Assembly (NCBI GenBank): GCA_964360815.1
Contig: CAYHYA010000002.1
Coordinates: 1,371-65,370, forward strand
Length of the DNA: 64,000 nucleotides
Direction of reading: 5' to 3'
From: an uncultured Candidatus Saccharibacteria bacterium
GTDB lineage: Bacteria; Patescibacteriota; Minisyncoccia; Phycocordibacterales; JACOZG01
Shown here piece by piece: positions 39,996 through 50,182 of this stretch. Within the stretch, counting starts at the first letter, position 1; each line of letters starts with the position of its first letter. The notes under the pieces were generated by a model that worked only from the letters and a program-made list of their open reading frames with translations, ran no database searches and was not told where the DNA came from. The translations under genes and the position numbers were made by a program.

Positions 39996-41781
39996 TGTTT
40001 TGTACCTCGTCGTTACTCTCATCGGCACAAAAATCTTCCAAAGTTTTAAATATTGGTTTAAAATTTTCGAAGGCTGATGGTCCAATTTTTATCGCTGCAT
40101 TTATTAACAGGTCTGTATCGCCTTTGGGGCAGATTTTCATTCCTCCTCCAGGAGTATTTTTTTCTTCAAAAAATTGTTCGAGACTGGTGACTCCATAAAA
40201 GAGGTGCTCCATCTCTAGTCTTGATTCACCCCCAAAATGATCTCCGGTCGCAGGGTTGATTACTTGCGCTTTTATTTTTGAATTATTTGATAATGGCAAT
40301 AATAATGCATAAAAATTACACTTCTTTTTTTTGAGAGTCAAACAGGTACCTATAGTATTTAACTTTTTTGTATAGTCATGATTAGTCAAACCATTCCATC
40401 TTTGAAAACCCTCTCCATCAAAATCAAATAATCCAAGAACGAATTGCTTTTCAAAAATCTCTGCATTTTCTAGTGCATAAGACACTCCTTGTGCATTGTT
40501 TTTCGCCTTTATTACGTAAGGATTAGATATACTTGGAAAAAGTAGCTTCCACGCTTCTTTTAGTACTCTTTCATCAGTTGGACCTTCAACGAACACAATC
40601 GGAGAATTTTCTAATTTTTTTAGATCTTCCAACTCCTGTGTTTGCTCATCTAGTTTTTTTATACTCAATGAGTAGTTTTTTTGAACCTCAAGAAATGATC
40701 CGTAGTTATAACCAAACACTTTTTCAAGATTGTTTGATTCGCTTATTTTATTAAAAATCGTATTCCCGGGTTTATCTTGATTTGAAATAAAAATAGAGTA
40801 GGCCTCGGGATTGTTTTGAGGGAATATGAAAGATGGTGAATGCGTAGAAAGAAAAATTTGTGCAGCTTTAGAATATTCGACAAATTTTACAAATAAATTA
40901 TCCGCTCTTAATGCTTCAAGCGCGTTCTCTGGCTCATCAATTCCCCAAATCCAATGATCGTCTTTTGCTTTCCTCGCCAACCAACCCAAAACTACTGGCA
41001 CAAAAAGACTTTTTATACCCTCGCCACGAGACGTGAATTTAATCTTATAGTCGTCTCTACTGCCACGAGTAATTGTCTCGGGCGTATCCTCAAACTGACT
41101 GTTAACTTCAAGACTTGACCAAAATGATTCCAAAGAAATGGGCAGAGTAACAGATGTATCCACTCCAGTAATATCCTGAAAATCCTTTGAAAAATCTTTT
41201 GTGGTCTTATCGATATTGGCATCGAGCTCGTCCTTTGCAGTAGTACTTAAAAACAACCCTTTGTTTCTGGCAGATAATTTCAAAATATATGAAAAAACCT
41301 CAGTACTCTTAAAAGCTGGAATATAAACAAATTTGATTGATTTCAGAAAAACAGAAAAAGATCTTTTTATTCCTTGGGAGGCTGTTCCTATATAATCGGG
41401 CTCTGTTTGTTCGTAGGTCTCAGTATAAGCCCACCACCTACGCTCAACCCATAAATCACCATTCTGATTGATGAGTTTTACAAGCTCATTCTTATTCCCC
41501 TTTATCTCATTTACATCAAAATAAATCTTGATGGATATAAACTGTCTTCCCTTTTTGCTCTCACGAGCTTTTACTTTCGATGACATTGAGAAATCATCAA
41601 AAAAGTTGAACTCCTCTAGAAACGAGGTCTGCCCATTGAAGAAGAGATTTAATGCTCTTAGGACATTTGATTTACCACTATCATTTTGGCCGCCGAATAT
41701 CACTATGTGATTCAGCTCTTCTATGGATTGATCAAAAATGGAGCGAAAATGCTTTATTTCAATTTTTTTAATTATTTTCAT
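39985..41781 (-). CDS. OLD-like ABC-ATPase + TOPRIM nuclease
   Basis: IEIKHFRSI, Walker A GQNDSGKS, signature-like RGEG, IDEPEN, STHSP; TOPRIM FVEGPTD and DFD. Confidence 0.8.
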   Translation of the reverse strand: MKIIKKIEIKHFRSIFDQSIEELNHIVIFGGQNDSGKSNVLRALNLFFNGQTSFLEEFNFFDDFSMSSKVKARESKKGRQFISIKIYFDVNEIKGNKNELVKLINQNGDLWVERRWWAYTETYEQTEPDYIGTASQGIKRSFSVFLKSIKFVYIPAFKSTEVFSYILKLSARNKGLFLSTTAKDELDANIDKTTKDFSKDFQDITGVDTSVTLPISLESFWSSLEVNSQFEDTPETITRGSRDDYKIKFTSRGEGIKSLFVPVVLGWLARKAKDDHWIWGIDEPENALEALRADNLFVKFVEYSKAAQIFLSTHSPSFIFPQNNPEAYSIFISNQDKPGNTIFNKISESNNLEKVFGYNYGSFLEVQKNYSLSIKKLDEQTQELEDLKKLENSPIVFVEGPTDERVLKEAWKLLFPSISNPYVIKAKNNAQGVSYALENAEIFEKQFVLGLFDFDGEGFQRWNGLTNHDYTKKLNTIGTCLTLKKKKCNFYALLLPLSNNSKIKAQVINPATGDHFGGESRLEMEHLFYGVTSLEQFFEEKNTPGGGMKICPKGDTDLLINAAIKIGPSAFENFKPIFKTLEDFCADESNDEVQNNEN

Positions 41782-43259
41782 AGCAATTTTTGAATACCAG
41801 TTAAACTGCTCTTGATTTCTGTATCAAGTTTTTGCATTTCGGAGATGATTTCTTCCGGTGTACGCAACGCAGTTTCATCCTTTTTGTTAGGATTCTTTAC
41901 TGATAAATCAAAAGTCTCTTGATCAACACTTGAGACATCAATACTCCATGAGTTATCACTCTCTGCTTTCGTCTTTTGTAGTTTTACGAATTCAGATAAG
42001 TCCGCCTCGTTCAGAGGATTACCTTTGCCTAGATTTCGACCAAGATTGAGCTGGTAGAACCACACCTTTTTTGTAGGTTTTCCTCCCGACGCTGCGGTCG
42101 GGACAGGTTTCTCAAAGAACAGCACCGCTGTCTTCACTCCTGCACCAGCAAACACTCCTCCAGGCAGATCGAGGACTGTGTGTAAATTACAACTCTCAAG
42201 AAGCAATTTGCGAAGACTTATCGAAGCATTGTCTGTGTTTGATAGAAATGTGTTCTTGATAACAATACCTGCTCTACCACCAGCCTTGAGAATCTTTATA
42301 AAGTGTTGAAGAAAAAGAAAAGCTGTCTCACCAGTCTTAATGGGAAAATTCTGCTGAATCTCTCGCCCTATGCCTGCTCCAAAAGGGGGGTTTGCCAAAA
42401 TTACGTTATAACGATCCTTTTCCTGAATGTCGTTGATGTTCTGTGCGAGCGTATCTGTGTGTCTGATGTTTGGCGCCTCAATACCATGTAGGATCATGTT
42501 CATTATGCCGATGATGTAGGCGAGGGATTTTATTTCCTTTCCGTAGAAAGTTTTATTCTGTAGTGTTGCCATTTGTGCCGATGACAGCTTGGCTTGATTT
42601 TGAGTAAGAAAATTATATGACTCCACTAAGAATCCTGCGGAGCCGCACGCGCCGTCATAGATCGTCTCGCCAATTGTCGGTGCTACCACTTTGACGATCG
42701 TTTTAATCAAAGGGCGTGGGGTGTAGTATTCGCCACCATTCCTGCCCGCATTTCCCATGTTCTTGATCTTGTTCTCATAGAGATGCGACAGCTCGTGCTT
42801 CTCCTCATACTTTCGGAAATGCATTGCGTCCACAACGTTCAGGATATCTCGAAGCTTGTAGCCACTGACTATTTTATTTTTTAGCTCGCTGAAGATCTCA
42901 CCGATTTTATATTCGATAGTGTTCGCATCCGCATCAGGATTCTTAAACTTCTTCAGATACGGAAATAACTTCTGATTCACGAAGTCATTCAGGTCGTCCT
43001 CAGTCATTGTTTTGTGGTGATCTATTTTTCCGTCTTTCCCTTTAGGGCACGCCCACGCATCCCAGCGGTATTGCGGATCAAGAATGTAATTGTATTTCTT
43101 GCCAGCAAGTTGAGCTTCAGTCTTCTTTATCTCATCCAAATCATCTAGATACTTCAAAAAAAGAATCCACGATGTCTGTTCTACATAATCTAGTTCCGTT
43201 GCTGAACCAGAATCTGTATGAAGAATGTTGTCTATATTTTTGAATGAGTTTTCAAACAT
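41778..43259 (-). CDS. hsdM: Type I R-M N6-adenine methyltransferase
   Basis: GEYYTPR, DGACGSAGFL, NPPF. Confidence 0.94.
   Translation of the reverse strand: MFENSFKNIDNILHTDSGSATELDYVEQTSWILFLKYLDDLDEIKKTEAQLAGKKYNYILDPQYRWDAWACPKGKDGKIDHHKTMTEDDLNDFVNQKLFPYLKKFKNPDADANTIEYKIGEIFSELKNKIVSGYKLRDILNVVDAMHFRKYEEKHELSHLYENKIKNMGNAGRNGGEYYTPRPLIKTIVKVVAPTIGETIYDGACGSAGFLVESYNFLTQNQAKLSSAQMATLQNKTFYGKEIKSLAYIIGIMNMILHGIEAPNIRHTDTLAQNINDIQEKDRYNVILANPPFGAGIGREIQQNFPIKTGETAFLFLQHFIKILKAGGRAGIVIKNTFLSNTDNASISLRKLLLESCNLHTVLDLPGGVFAGAGVKTAVLFFEKPVPTAASGGKPTKKVWFYQLNLGRNLGKGNPLNEADLSEFVKLQKTKAESDNSWSIDVSSVDQETFDLSVKNPNKKDETALRTPEEIISEMQKLDTEIKSSLTGIQKLL
42084..42103. repeat. Short palindromic element inside hsdM
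   Basis: TCCCGAC-GCTGCG-GTCGGGA within the segment encoding PVPTAASG. Confidence 0.45.
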
Positions 43260-43398
43260 ATTAATTATCCACGACTTTCAGATTCCAATCTTCCAAACTC
43301 GAAGTATAGTGAGATTAACTCTTATTGTCAAATAACCGTGAATTACGCTAAAAAATCTTGTTATTTCACGGTATATAATCCCCTTTTTAGTTTTTTCA

Positions 43399-44337
43399 TC
43401 ATGGTAAATACTTCACTCGATTTAATTTGTGACCGGCAAAATCGGTGGCGTAATGCATTTGACCATTTCGGTCGGAAAGATAAAACCAGTACGGCGTTTC
43501 AATAGGATTCAAGGCGGCCTCGATGGCCGCAAGTCCGGGATTGCCTATCGGCCCAATCGGTAAGCCGCGATAGCGATAGGTGTTGTAGGGCGAAGAAGTA
43601 GCCAGGTCTTTCAAACTAACTTCAAAAGTGTTTTTACCAATGATGTACGGGAAAACGGCGTCAACCTGAAGGGGCATACCGGCGTCTAGCCGCTTCCACA
43701 AAATGCCAGCGATCGTTTGCCGCACCTCGCTTGTGGCGGCCTCTTTTTCAAGCAGAGAGGCCATAATGATAATCTGTTCAAGAGTTCGACCAGAGTCGGC
43801 AATCACCGGCGCCAAATGTTTGGTCGAATTTTTAAAGTTTTTCTGTAAACGTTCGAGGATCTTCTCTGGCGACAAGGTTGGAAGAAAAAAATAAGTATCC
43901 GGAAAAAGATAGCCCTCGTTTTCTTCACCGAGAACGATGAAATTCACCAAATCAAAGTTCGGTATTGCTTGAGCGATAAGCTGGGCCATTTCTCGAACAG
44001 TTATTCCCTCCGGCAAGGTCACCTTGACCAACGACTGTCCGTAGTGACCACGAGTTAGGCGGCCGGCCAATCGCCAAACGTTAATCGGTCGGTCGAAAAA
44101 ATAGTCACCCGCCACAACAACATCCTCTCGACCGAATTCGAGCGCCAAAGCCAAACGGAAAATGGTTGGCCACTTGATTAAATTATCGTTGGCCAAAAGT
44201 TTTGCCACCGCCATCACCGACTGGCCGTCAGCAATGCTAAAAATTTTTCCGGTCGGAAACTTGGTCGGCGGAGCCGATAAACCAATCCCGAGAACCAGCA
44301 CCGCCGAAATTAAATAAATCAATCGCCGTCGGTTCAT
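43399..44337 (-). CDS. mltG: Endolytic transglycosylase MltG (YceG)
   Basis: EGYLFPDTY, ASLLEKE, LQVDA, SPYNTY...GLP.GPI.NPG. Confidence 0.93.
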   Translation of the reverse strand: MNRRRLIYLISAVLVLGIGLSAPPTKFPTGKIFSIADGQSVMAVAKLLANDNLIKWPTIFRLALALEFGREDVVVAGDYFFDRPINVWRLAGRLTRGHYGQSLVKVTLPEGITVREMAQLIAQAIPNFDLVNFIVLGEENEGYLFPDTYFFLPTLSPEKILERLQKNFKNSTKHLAPVIADSGRTLEQIIIMASLLEKEAATSEVRQTIAGILWKRLDAGMPLQVDAVFPYIIGKNTFEVSLKDLATSSPYNTYRYRGLPIGPIGNPGLAAIEAALNPIETPYWFYLSDRNGQMHYATDFAGHKLNRVKYLP

Positions 44338-44342
44338 TTAAA

Positions 44343-45566
44343 CTAAATTGGCAAATCAATTGGCGGCTCCGCCTTTTTGGATTCGATTTTCTTTAACGTC
44401 GGGGTGGTTGCGACCTGGCCGGGGAAGTGGTAAATCGTGGCCAGTTCTTCAGCATTTAAAACAAAAGGTTTGCGCGCGTGGGGTGGGTGGAACCACGAGC
44501 GACGGCGATAGGCGTCAAACATTTTCCGTTTCGCCCATTCCAGCCGATGGCCACGGAAATCTTGCCAGGGGTAATCGTAACCAGTTTTCTTGTTAATGGA
44601 AAAACCGTTTAGATGTAGTGAGCCGTATTGTTTAACACTGTTAATTAACCCCACCTGCCGCGCGGCGTCGTAAAAACCCTGTTTGGCCAAATAAATTACC
44701 CGTAGCCCGCAATCAAAACCAGTTTTGGAGACGCTTCGCTCGATGGCCTTAACCACTTCTTCTTCGCCGGGCGACAGACGTTCGGGGAATTTCCCCACCT
44801 CGGGCGGACGATCTCGCTTCATCAGTTCATTAACCAGTGTCGTCGCTTCGCCGCGCCAATCTTGTTTATCAAACCAGGTGCCCGGCTTTTTAAAGCGCTT
44901 GGTTGTAGACATAACTAAAATCTGGATCCAAGCTTGTTCGGAAGGACCAATCGAGCCAAGAAATTCGATCACCGGAGTAATCGGATCAATTTTATGTTCT
45001 TCTTTGGGGTTGTCTTCGAGTCCGTAGTCTACATAAGTTTTGATCGGGTAGGCGTCTGACTTACTTAACTTAAATTCTCCGCCCCACATCAACCACTCCG
45101 AACCCGAGGTGCCGTAGGGCGGGATTTCATTGACGTAATCTTCAACCTCATAAATTTCCACCTCGGGATATTGGGAGTAAACTTGCGTTTGAACCAGATT
45201 TTTAAAAAATTTTGGCACGCGGAGATAGAAATGGATATCCCCACCGAGCGAAACAATTTCAAGTGAAAACCATGAGCGCACAAAACCTTGAAAAATTTCG
45301 TTAATTTTATTACCGGCGTAGGTTTGATAAAAAACTCCGTTAACCACCTCCATCGCCCGTGGCGACTTGGTGATTTCTCGGGGAATCCGAACGTCGAGAA
45401 GCACCCACTGCATCTTTTTTATAAACTTGGCCCGCGTGTAGTAGCGCCACAAACGGGCGATAAAATAAAACAAAACTACCGGCGACCAATAGGGAGCCAG
45501 CTTGACCGTCATGGCGATGACTAGAAAAAAGGTCTGATTAGCAAATTTAGCCAGGGTGATCAGCAC
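44343..45566 (-). CDS. Conserved CPR-type membrane protein of unknown function
   Basis: TM, then FSLEIVS..IHFY...QVYSQYP..EI..DY, YPIKTY, EELATIYHFP; GTG start 6 nt after TATAAT. Confidence 0.6.
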   Translation of the reverse strand: MLITLAKFANQTFFLVIAMTVKLAPYWSPVVLFYFIARLWRYYTRAKFIKKMQWVLLDVRIPREITKSPRAMEVVNGVFYQTYAGNKINEIFQGFVRSWFSLEIVSLGGDIHFYLRVPKFFKNLVQTQVYSQYPEVEIYEVEDYVNEIPPYGTSGSEWLMWGGEFKLSKSDAYPIKTYVDYGLEDNPKEEHKIDPITPVIEFLGSIGPSEQAWIQILVMSTTKRFKKPGTWFDKQDWRGEATTLVNELMKRDRPPEVGKFPERLSPGEEEVVKAIERSVSKTGFDCGLRVIYLAKQGFYDAARQVGLINSVKQYGSLHLNGFSINKKTGYDYPWQDFRGHRLEWAKRKMFDAYRRRSWFHPPHARKPFVLNAEELATIYHFPGQVATTPTLKKIESKKAEPPIDLPI

Positions 45567-45591
45567 ACCCTGATTATACACCAAGAAATGT

Positions 45592-46623
45592 TCAGGCGGC
45601 TAGATAGCGACCCTGTTTGTCTTGTCGAAAGTGCCGCGGATTTTTTAAATTGACCAAAATTGTGTTGGGTTTAACGTAACGCTCCTTAAGCACGCTTGAG
45701 AGAATGTCTTTTTCCGTCAACGGACCGTGCTCAAGCAAAATGTTTCGGATCACATCACGCACCACCCCCGGGCGATAGCCCCATTCGGTGAGAGCGTACA
45801 TCCCCCGACCAACCAAAACGAAACGACGATCTTTAATTAGTTCATTATGACAAGTTGCCGGATTAGCCGAACGGCTAAACAGATCAGTAATCGCCTTGGC
45901 GACTTCCATGAAATGCATCGGTGAGCCGTGCTTGCGCAAGACCAGGAAAGCGTAGTCGCGCACGCCACGAACCCGAACGTTTGACGAACGGGCCAGTCCC
46001 CACTCCCCAACCGGATTCAACCCGAGATGTTTGGAGATAAAAAGCCAACGGCGAGCTTGGTCTGGAGCAACCGCTCGCCGGACTTCAGCCCCGCTCGCGC
46101 CGAGCAACCGCTCAACCATCTCCGGTTCGGAAAGTAAATCATCTTCGCTTAAACTGGCGCAAACCTGGCGCAGTGATTCTTGAACTTGTTCCGCCTGTTT
46201 TTCGTCAATCGTCCAACGATGATGAAATTCGTCGTTCTCTTTTAGTTTAGTGAACTCGCTACCGAGAACCAGAAGAAAGTGGATGTTATTTTGATTGGTC
46301 CGATTGTCGTCGAGATGCTTCAAAAATTCTTGTTCGTGGGCCACCCCGCCATAGTTATACAGGGCTTCTCGCAATTCGGAGAAAGTGGTTTCGGCGGCAA
46401 CGAACTCGGCCGAACGACGAATCGCTCGAATCGAGAAATCCTCGATCTGGCGAACCCGTTCACGGGTAATGCCATACTTTTTACCAATGGCGTCGAGGGT
46501 TAAACGTTCTTCGGTTTCGAGGCCAAACCGTCGTTTTAAAATATCCTGGGCGCGTTCAGGTAGGGATGATAGCAGGGCCCTCGCCACGGCCTTGGGTTTG
46601 AATGAAATAGCATCTTTGATCAT
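45592..46623 (-). CDS. Sigma70 region-4 HTH protein with C-terminal winged-helix domains
   Basis: IL..RFGL...TLDAIG..YGITRERVRQIE; HNELIKD.RFVLVGRG.YAL.EWG; no sigma region 2. Confidence 0.7.
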   Translation of the reverse strand: MIKDAISFKPKAVARALLSSLPERAQDILKRRFGLETEERLTLDAIGKKYGITRERVRQIEDFSIRAIRRSAEFVAAETTFSELREALYNYGGVAHEQEFLKHLDDNRTNQNNIHFLLVLGSEFTKLKENDEFHHRWTIDEKQAEQVQESLRQVCASLSEDDLLSEPEMVERLLGASGAEVRRAVAPDQARRWLFISKHLGLNPVGEWGLARSSNVRVRGVRDYAFLVLRKHGSPMHFMEVAKAITDLFSRSANPATCHNELIKDRRFVLVGRGMYALTEWGYRPGVVRDVIRNILLEHGPLTEKDILSSVLKERYVKPNTILVNLKNPRHFRQDKQGRYLAA

Positions 46624-46736
46624 GTTTATTAAGTTATCTTATTTAGAGCACCTTGTCAAATGAACGTCAACTGTGGACAAAAAACAACCGCCCCGACAGT
46701 TGCCTGTCGAGGCGATTTGTGAGCGTCTTGTTTTTC

Positions 46737-46901
46737 CTATGAGAGCTTTGTAACAACGTTGTTCTTGCTGTGTTCTTTTGCATCAAGGGCCAACTGAACC
46801 CGGGAAGAAGCCCTCTCGCTTTCTTTGTTGGGCCGGGACACTGTCCTCGCCCTGCGATACCGGAGACCACCAGGTTCGTTTTTGTGTTTGAACTTCGCCA
46901 T
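46737..46901 (-). CDS. Small basic protein (54 aa)
   Basis: MAKFKHKNEPGGLRYRRART...; GGAGG SD, promoter TTGACC-17-TATTAT (46983-46955), downstream hairpin about 46685-46718. Confidence 0.55.
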   Translation of the reverse strand: MAKFKHKNEPGGLRYRRARTVSRPNKESERASSRVQLALDAKEHSKNNVVTKLS

Positions 46902-46990
46902 AATCCTTCCTCCAGAGAAAAGAAACAAAAAAACAGGGATCCAAACCAAAGCACATAATAGTCTGTTGATCTGAATTGGTCAACTAAAAA

Positions 46991-49159
46991 TTAGACCACG
47001 AGGTTGATAAGTCGGTTCGGCACAATCACCCACTTCTTGATTGTTTGGCTGGTGAGCCAAGTTTTAATTTTTTCACGAGCTAAAACCAGATTTTTTAATT
47101 CCTCTTCGCTCAAACCCGGTTCAATTTCTAGAATTTCTCGGGTCTTACCATTAACCTGAATCACGATTTTGGTTTTGGAATTTTTTATGGCGCCAGGCCG
47201 CGGCCAGGCCGCGGTATGGATTGAACCTCGTCCACCAAGCTGAACCCATAATTCTTCGGTCACATGCGGCGCAAACGGCGACAAGAGCTGGAGAAAAGTT
47301 TTGGCCGCGGCGGCTGGTATCGCCGGTATTGATTCAAACTGGTTCAACAAGATCATTAAAGACGAGATGGCCGTATTAAATTTAAGCGCTTCGATGTCGG
47401 AGCCGACTTTACTAATAGTGAGATTGAGACTATTTCCGACTTCGTCGGTAAGTTTTAGTTTCCCGGGTTTAACTTTGTCGCTAACTAATCGCCAAACTCG
47501 CTCAATGAATCGCCGCGCCCCGACCAAACCATCCTCGCTCCAACTAATCGCTTGATCAAACGGCCCCATGAACATTTCATAAACTCGCAAACTGTCGGCA
47601 CCAAAACGACGAACGATTTCGTCCGGACTAACCACGTTGCCCCGCGACTTAGACATTTTTTCGCCATTAGCGGCCAAAATTAAGCCGTGGGCCGTGCGTT
47701 TGGCGTATGGTTCCCGGCTCGAGACCAACCCCAAATCATACAAGGCCATTTGCCAAAAACGGGAATAAAGCAGGTGCAGAGTCACATGCTCCATGCCGCC
47801 GTTATACCAATTAACCGGTAACCAGGATTTTATTTTTTGGGGTGAGCAAAATTCTTTTTGGTTTTTAGGATCAAGATACCGGAGATAGTACCACGATGAA
47901 CCGGCCCAGTTTGGCATGGTGTCGGTTTCGCGTCGGGCTGGACCGCCACAAATTGGACAGACCGTTTGCACCCACGACCGAATCGCCGCGAGTGGCGAGT
48001 CGCCGGTTTCCGTCGGGCGGTAATTTTTAACCGGCGGTAACTTAACCGGCAAGTCCTTGTCTGGCACCGGCACCCAGCCATGCTCGTCACAAAAGATAAG
48101 TGGAATTGGTTCACCCCAATAACGTTGACGCGAAAAAATCCAGTCCCGAAGTTTGTAGGTGACGACTGGTCTAGCATTAATTTTTTTGAGCGTGTCCGGT
48201 TCGGCAAGAGGCGCATCTTTAATCGGTAAATTGTGTTTCTGGGCAAATTCTCGATCTCGTTCATCATGCGCCGGCACGCCCATAATTGCGCCGGTGCCAA
48301 CTTCTTTCATGACATATTCGGCTTCCCACACCGGCAGCTTTTCGCCGGTCGCCGGATTGGTGACCTCTTGACCGGTAAAGCGGTCGCCTTGACCCGCTAC
48401 GGCGATAAAGGTGGCGCCAAAAATTGTTTCCGGCCGTGTGGTAAAAATTTCAATCTCATCAAATTTGATCCGTGCGCCCGAGCGCCGACCGATCCAGTTT
48501 TCCTGTTGCGTTTTTATTTCTGGCAAGTAATCAACCTCCTTGAGTCCGGCCAGGAGCTTGTCGGCGTAGCTAGTAATTTTGAGTAACCATTGATCCTTTT
48601 CTTTCTGTTCAACCGCCCCGCCACAACGCTCACATTTCCCGTCAATCACCTCTTCGTTAGCCAAACCAATCTTATCCTGCGGGCACCAGTTGATTGCTAG
48701 CTTTTTTTTATAAGCCAATCCCGCTTTGAAAAATTGAAGAAACAGCCATTGGGTCCAACGATAATAATTTGGATCAGAAGTATTAATTTCCCGCGTCCAA
48801 TCGAACGAAAAACCGAGTGCCTGCAGTTGGCGGCGATAACGATCGGTGTTTCGTTTAGTGATTAAACTCGGAGCGAGGCCGGTCTTAAGCGCGTAATTTT
48901 CGGTCGGCAAACCAAAAGCATCCCAACCCATTGGATAAAGCACCGCAAAGCCCTCGGCGCGCCGCTTGCGCGCCAGCGCATCCATGGCGGTGTAGCTGCG
49001 AATGTGGCCAACGTGCAAACCCTCACCAGACGGGTATGGAAACTCCACCAACAAATAATATTTTTTTCGGCGCGAGCGATCGTTGGTTTGATAAAATTTT
49101 TTCTGCTTCCACCACTTTTGCCATTTTTTTTCGATCGCTTGATGATTATATTTTTTCAT
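46991..49159 (-). CDS. leuS: Leucyl-tRNA synthetase (compact CP1 domain)
   Basis: FPYPSG.GLHVGH, GWDAFGLP, SRQRYWGEPIP, KMSKSRGN. Confidence 0.96.
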   Translation of the reverse strand: MKKYNHQAIEKKWQKWWKQKKFYQTNDRSRRKKYYLLVEFPYPSGEGLHVGHIRSYTAMDALARKRRAEGFAVLYPMGWDAFGLPTENYALKTGLAPSLITKRNTDRYRRQLQALGFSFDWTREINTSDPNYYRWTQWLFLQFFKAGLAYKKKLAINWCPQDKIGLANEEVIDGKCERCGGAVEQKEKDQWLLKITSYADKLLAGLKEVDYLPEIKTQQENWIGRRSGARIKFDEIEIFTTRPETIFGATFIAVAGQGDRFTGQEVTNPATGEKLPVWEAEYVMKEVGTGAIMGVPAHDERDREFAQKHNLPIKDAPLAEPDTLKKINARPVVTYKLRDWIFSRQRYWGEPIPLIFCDEHGWVPVPDKDLPVKLPPVKNYRPTETGDSPLAAIRSWVQTVCPICGGPARRETDTMPNWAGSSWYYLRYLDPKNQKEFCSPQKIKSWLPVNWYNGGMEHVTLHLLYSRFWQMALYDLGLVSSREPYAKRTAHGLILAANGEKMSKSRGNVVSPDEIVRRFGADSLRVYEMFMGPFDQAISWSEDGLVGARRFIERVWRLVSDKVKPGKLKLTDEVGNSLNLTISKVGSDIEALKFNTAISSLMILLNQFESIPAIPAAAAKTFLQLLSPFAPHVTEELWVQLGGRGSIHTAAWPRPGAIKNSKTKIVIQVNGKTREILEIEPGLSEEELKNLVLAREKIKTWLTSQTIKKWVIVPNRLINLVV

Positions 49160-50160
49160 CCTTTTCTTTTGACCACCCGCTTCACTGCTTCGATAATTCC
49201 TCCGATTCCTAGCCCATAATGCTCCACCAGTTCGGTTGGCGTGCCCGATTGGCCAAAACGATCATCCACGCCAATAAACTCGATTGGCGCAGGCAGTTGG
49301 GCGGCCAAGAGTTCGGCCACCGCGCCGCCGAGGCCGCCAGCGCGTTGATGTTCTTCCACGGTTACCACCGCGCCGGCCCGTTTAACCATTTTTAAAATTG
49401 TTTCCGCGTCAAGCGGTTTGATCGTGTGGCTATTGATTACCGCCACCTCGATCTTTTCGTTCAACAGTTTTTTGGCGGCAATCAGGGCATTGTAAACTAG
49501 CGGGCCACAAGCGATGATCACGGCGACTGGCACGATTGGGTCAATCAGAACATTGGCTTGACCGATTACCAACGGCGACTCGTCAGTGGTGATGACCGGC
49601 GTTTTCTCACGCGTTAGTCGCAAGTAGGCCGGGCCGTTCAGATTGGCCAAGGCCAGAGTTGCCTTCTTCGCCTCGATCGTGTCGGCTGGCACCACCACCG
49701 TCATCCGAGGAATTACTCGCATGATGGCAATGTCTTCAACGGCTTGGTGGGTGCCGCCGTCTGGACCGACCGAGACGCCAGCGTGCGAACCGACAATCTT
49801 CACCGGCCGATCATTGTAACAAATCGTGGTGCGGATTTGCTCCCAATTTCGCCCCGGACTAAACATGGCGTAAGAAGTCAGAAACGGGATTTTCCCCATC
49901 GCGGCTAGACCAGAAGCCACGGTTGCTAGATTCTGTTCGGCCACGCCGATTTGCACGTAGCGATTCGGGAACTTATTCTTGAACAAATGCATTTGCGTGG
50001 ACTCGGTTAGGTCGGCACACAAACCAACAATTCGTTCGTCTTTTTCCGCCGCCTCAAGCAGGCCTTCGCCAAAACCCTTCCGCACCGGCACCTGCTCGAT
50101 GTTCAGATCGTAAAGTTTCGGATTAAGTTTTTGGGTGGAGTTAAGCACAGTGGATACCAT
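49156..50160 (-). CDS. Transketolase C-terminal subunit
   Basis: GVAEQN, GPDGGTHQ, GPAYLR, TVEEH..GGLG. Confidence 0.9.
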   Translation of the reverse strand: MVSTVLNSTQKLNPKLYDLNIEQVPVRKGFGEGLLEAAEKDERIVGLCADLTESTQMHLFKNKFPNRYVQIGVAEQNLATVASGLAAMGKIPFLTSYAMFSPGRNWEQIRTTICYNDRPVKIVGSHAGVSVGPDGGTHQAVEDIAIMRVIPRMTVVVPADTIEAKKATLALANLNGPAYLRLTREKTPVITTDESPLVIGQANVLIDPIVPVAVIIACGPLVYNALIAAKKLLNEKIEVAVINSHTIKPLDAETILKMVKRAGAVVTVEEHQRAGGLGGAVAELLAAQLPAPIEFIGVDDRFGQSGTPTELVEHYGLGIGGIIEAVKRVVKRKG

Positions 50161-50182
50161 TATTTTAGCACAAATCGTTCAC

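Noticed and set aside
45592-46623. Calling this a sigma factor (rpoD)
   Set aside because: Only region 4 is recognisable; regions 2 and 3 are absent.
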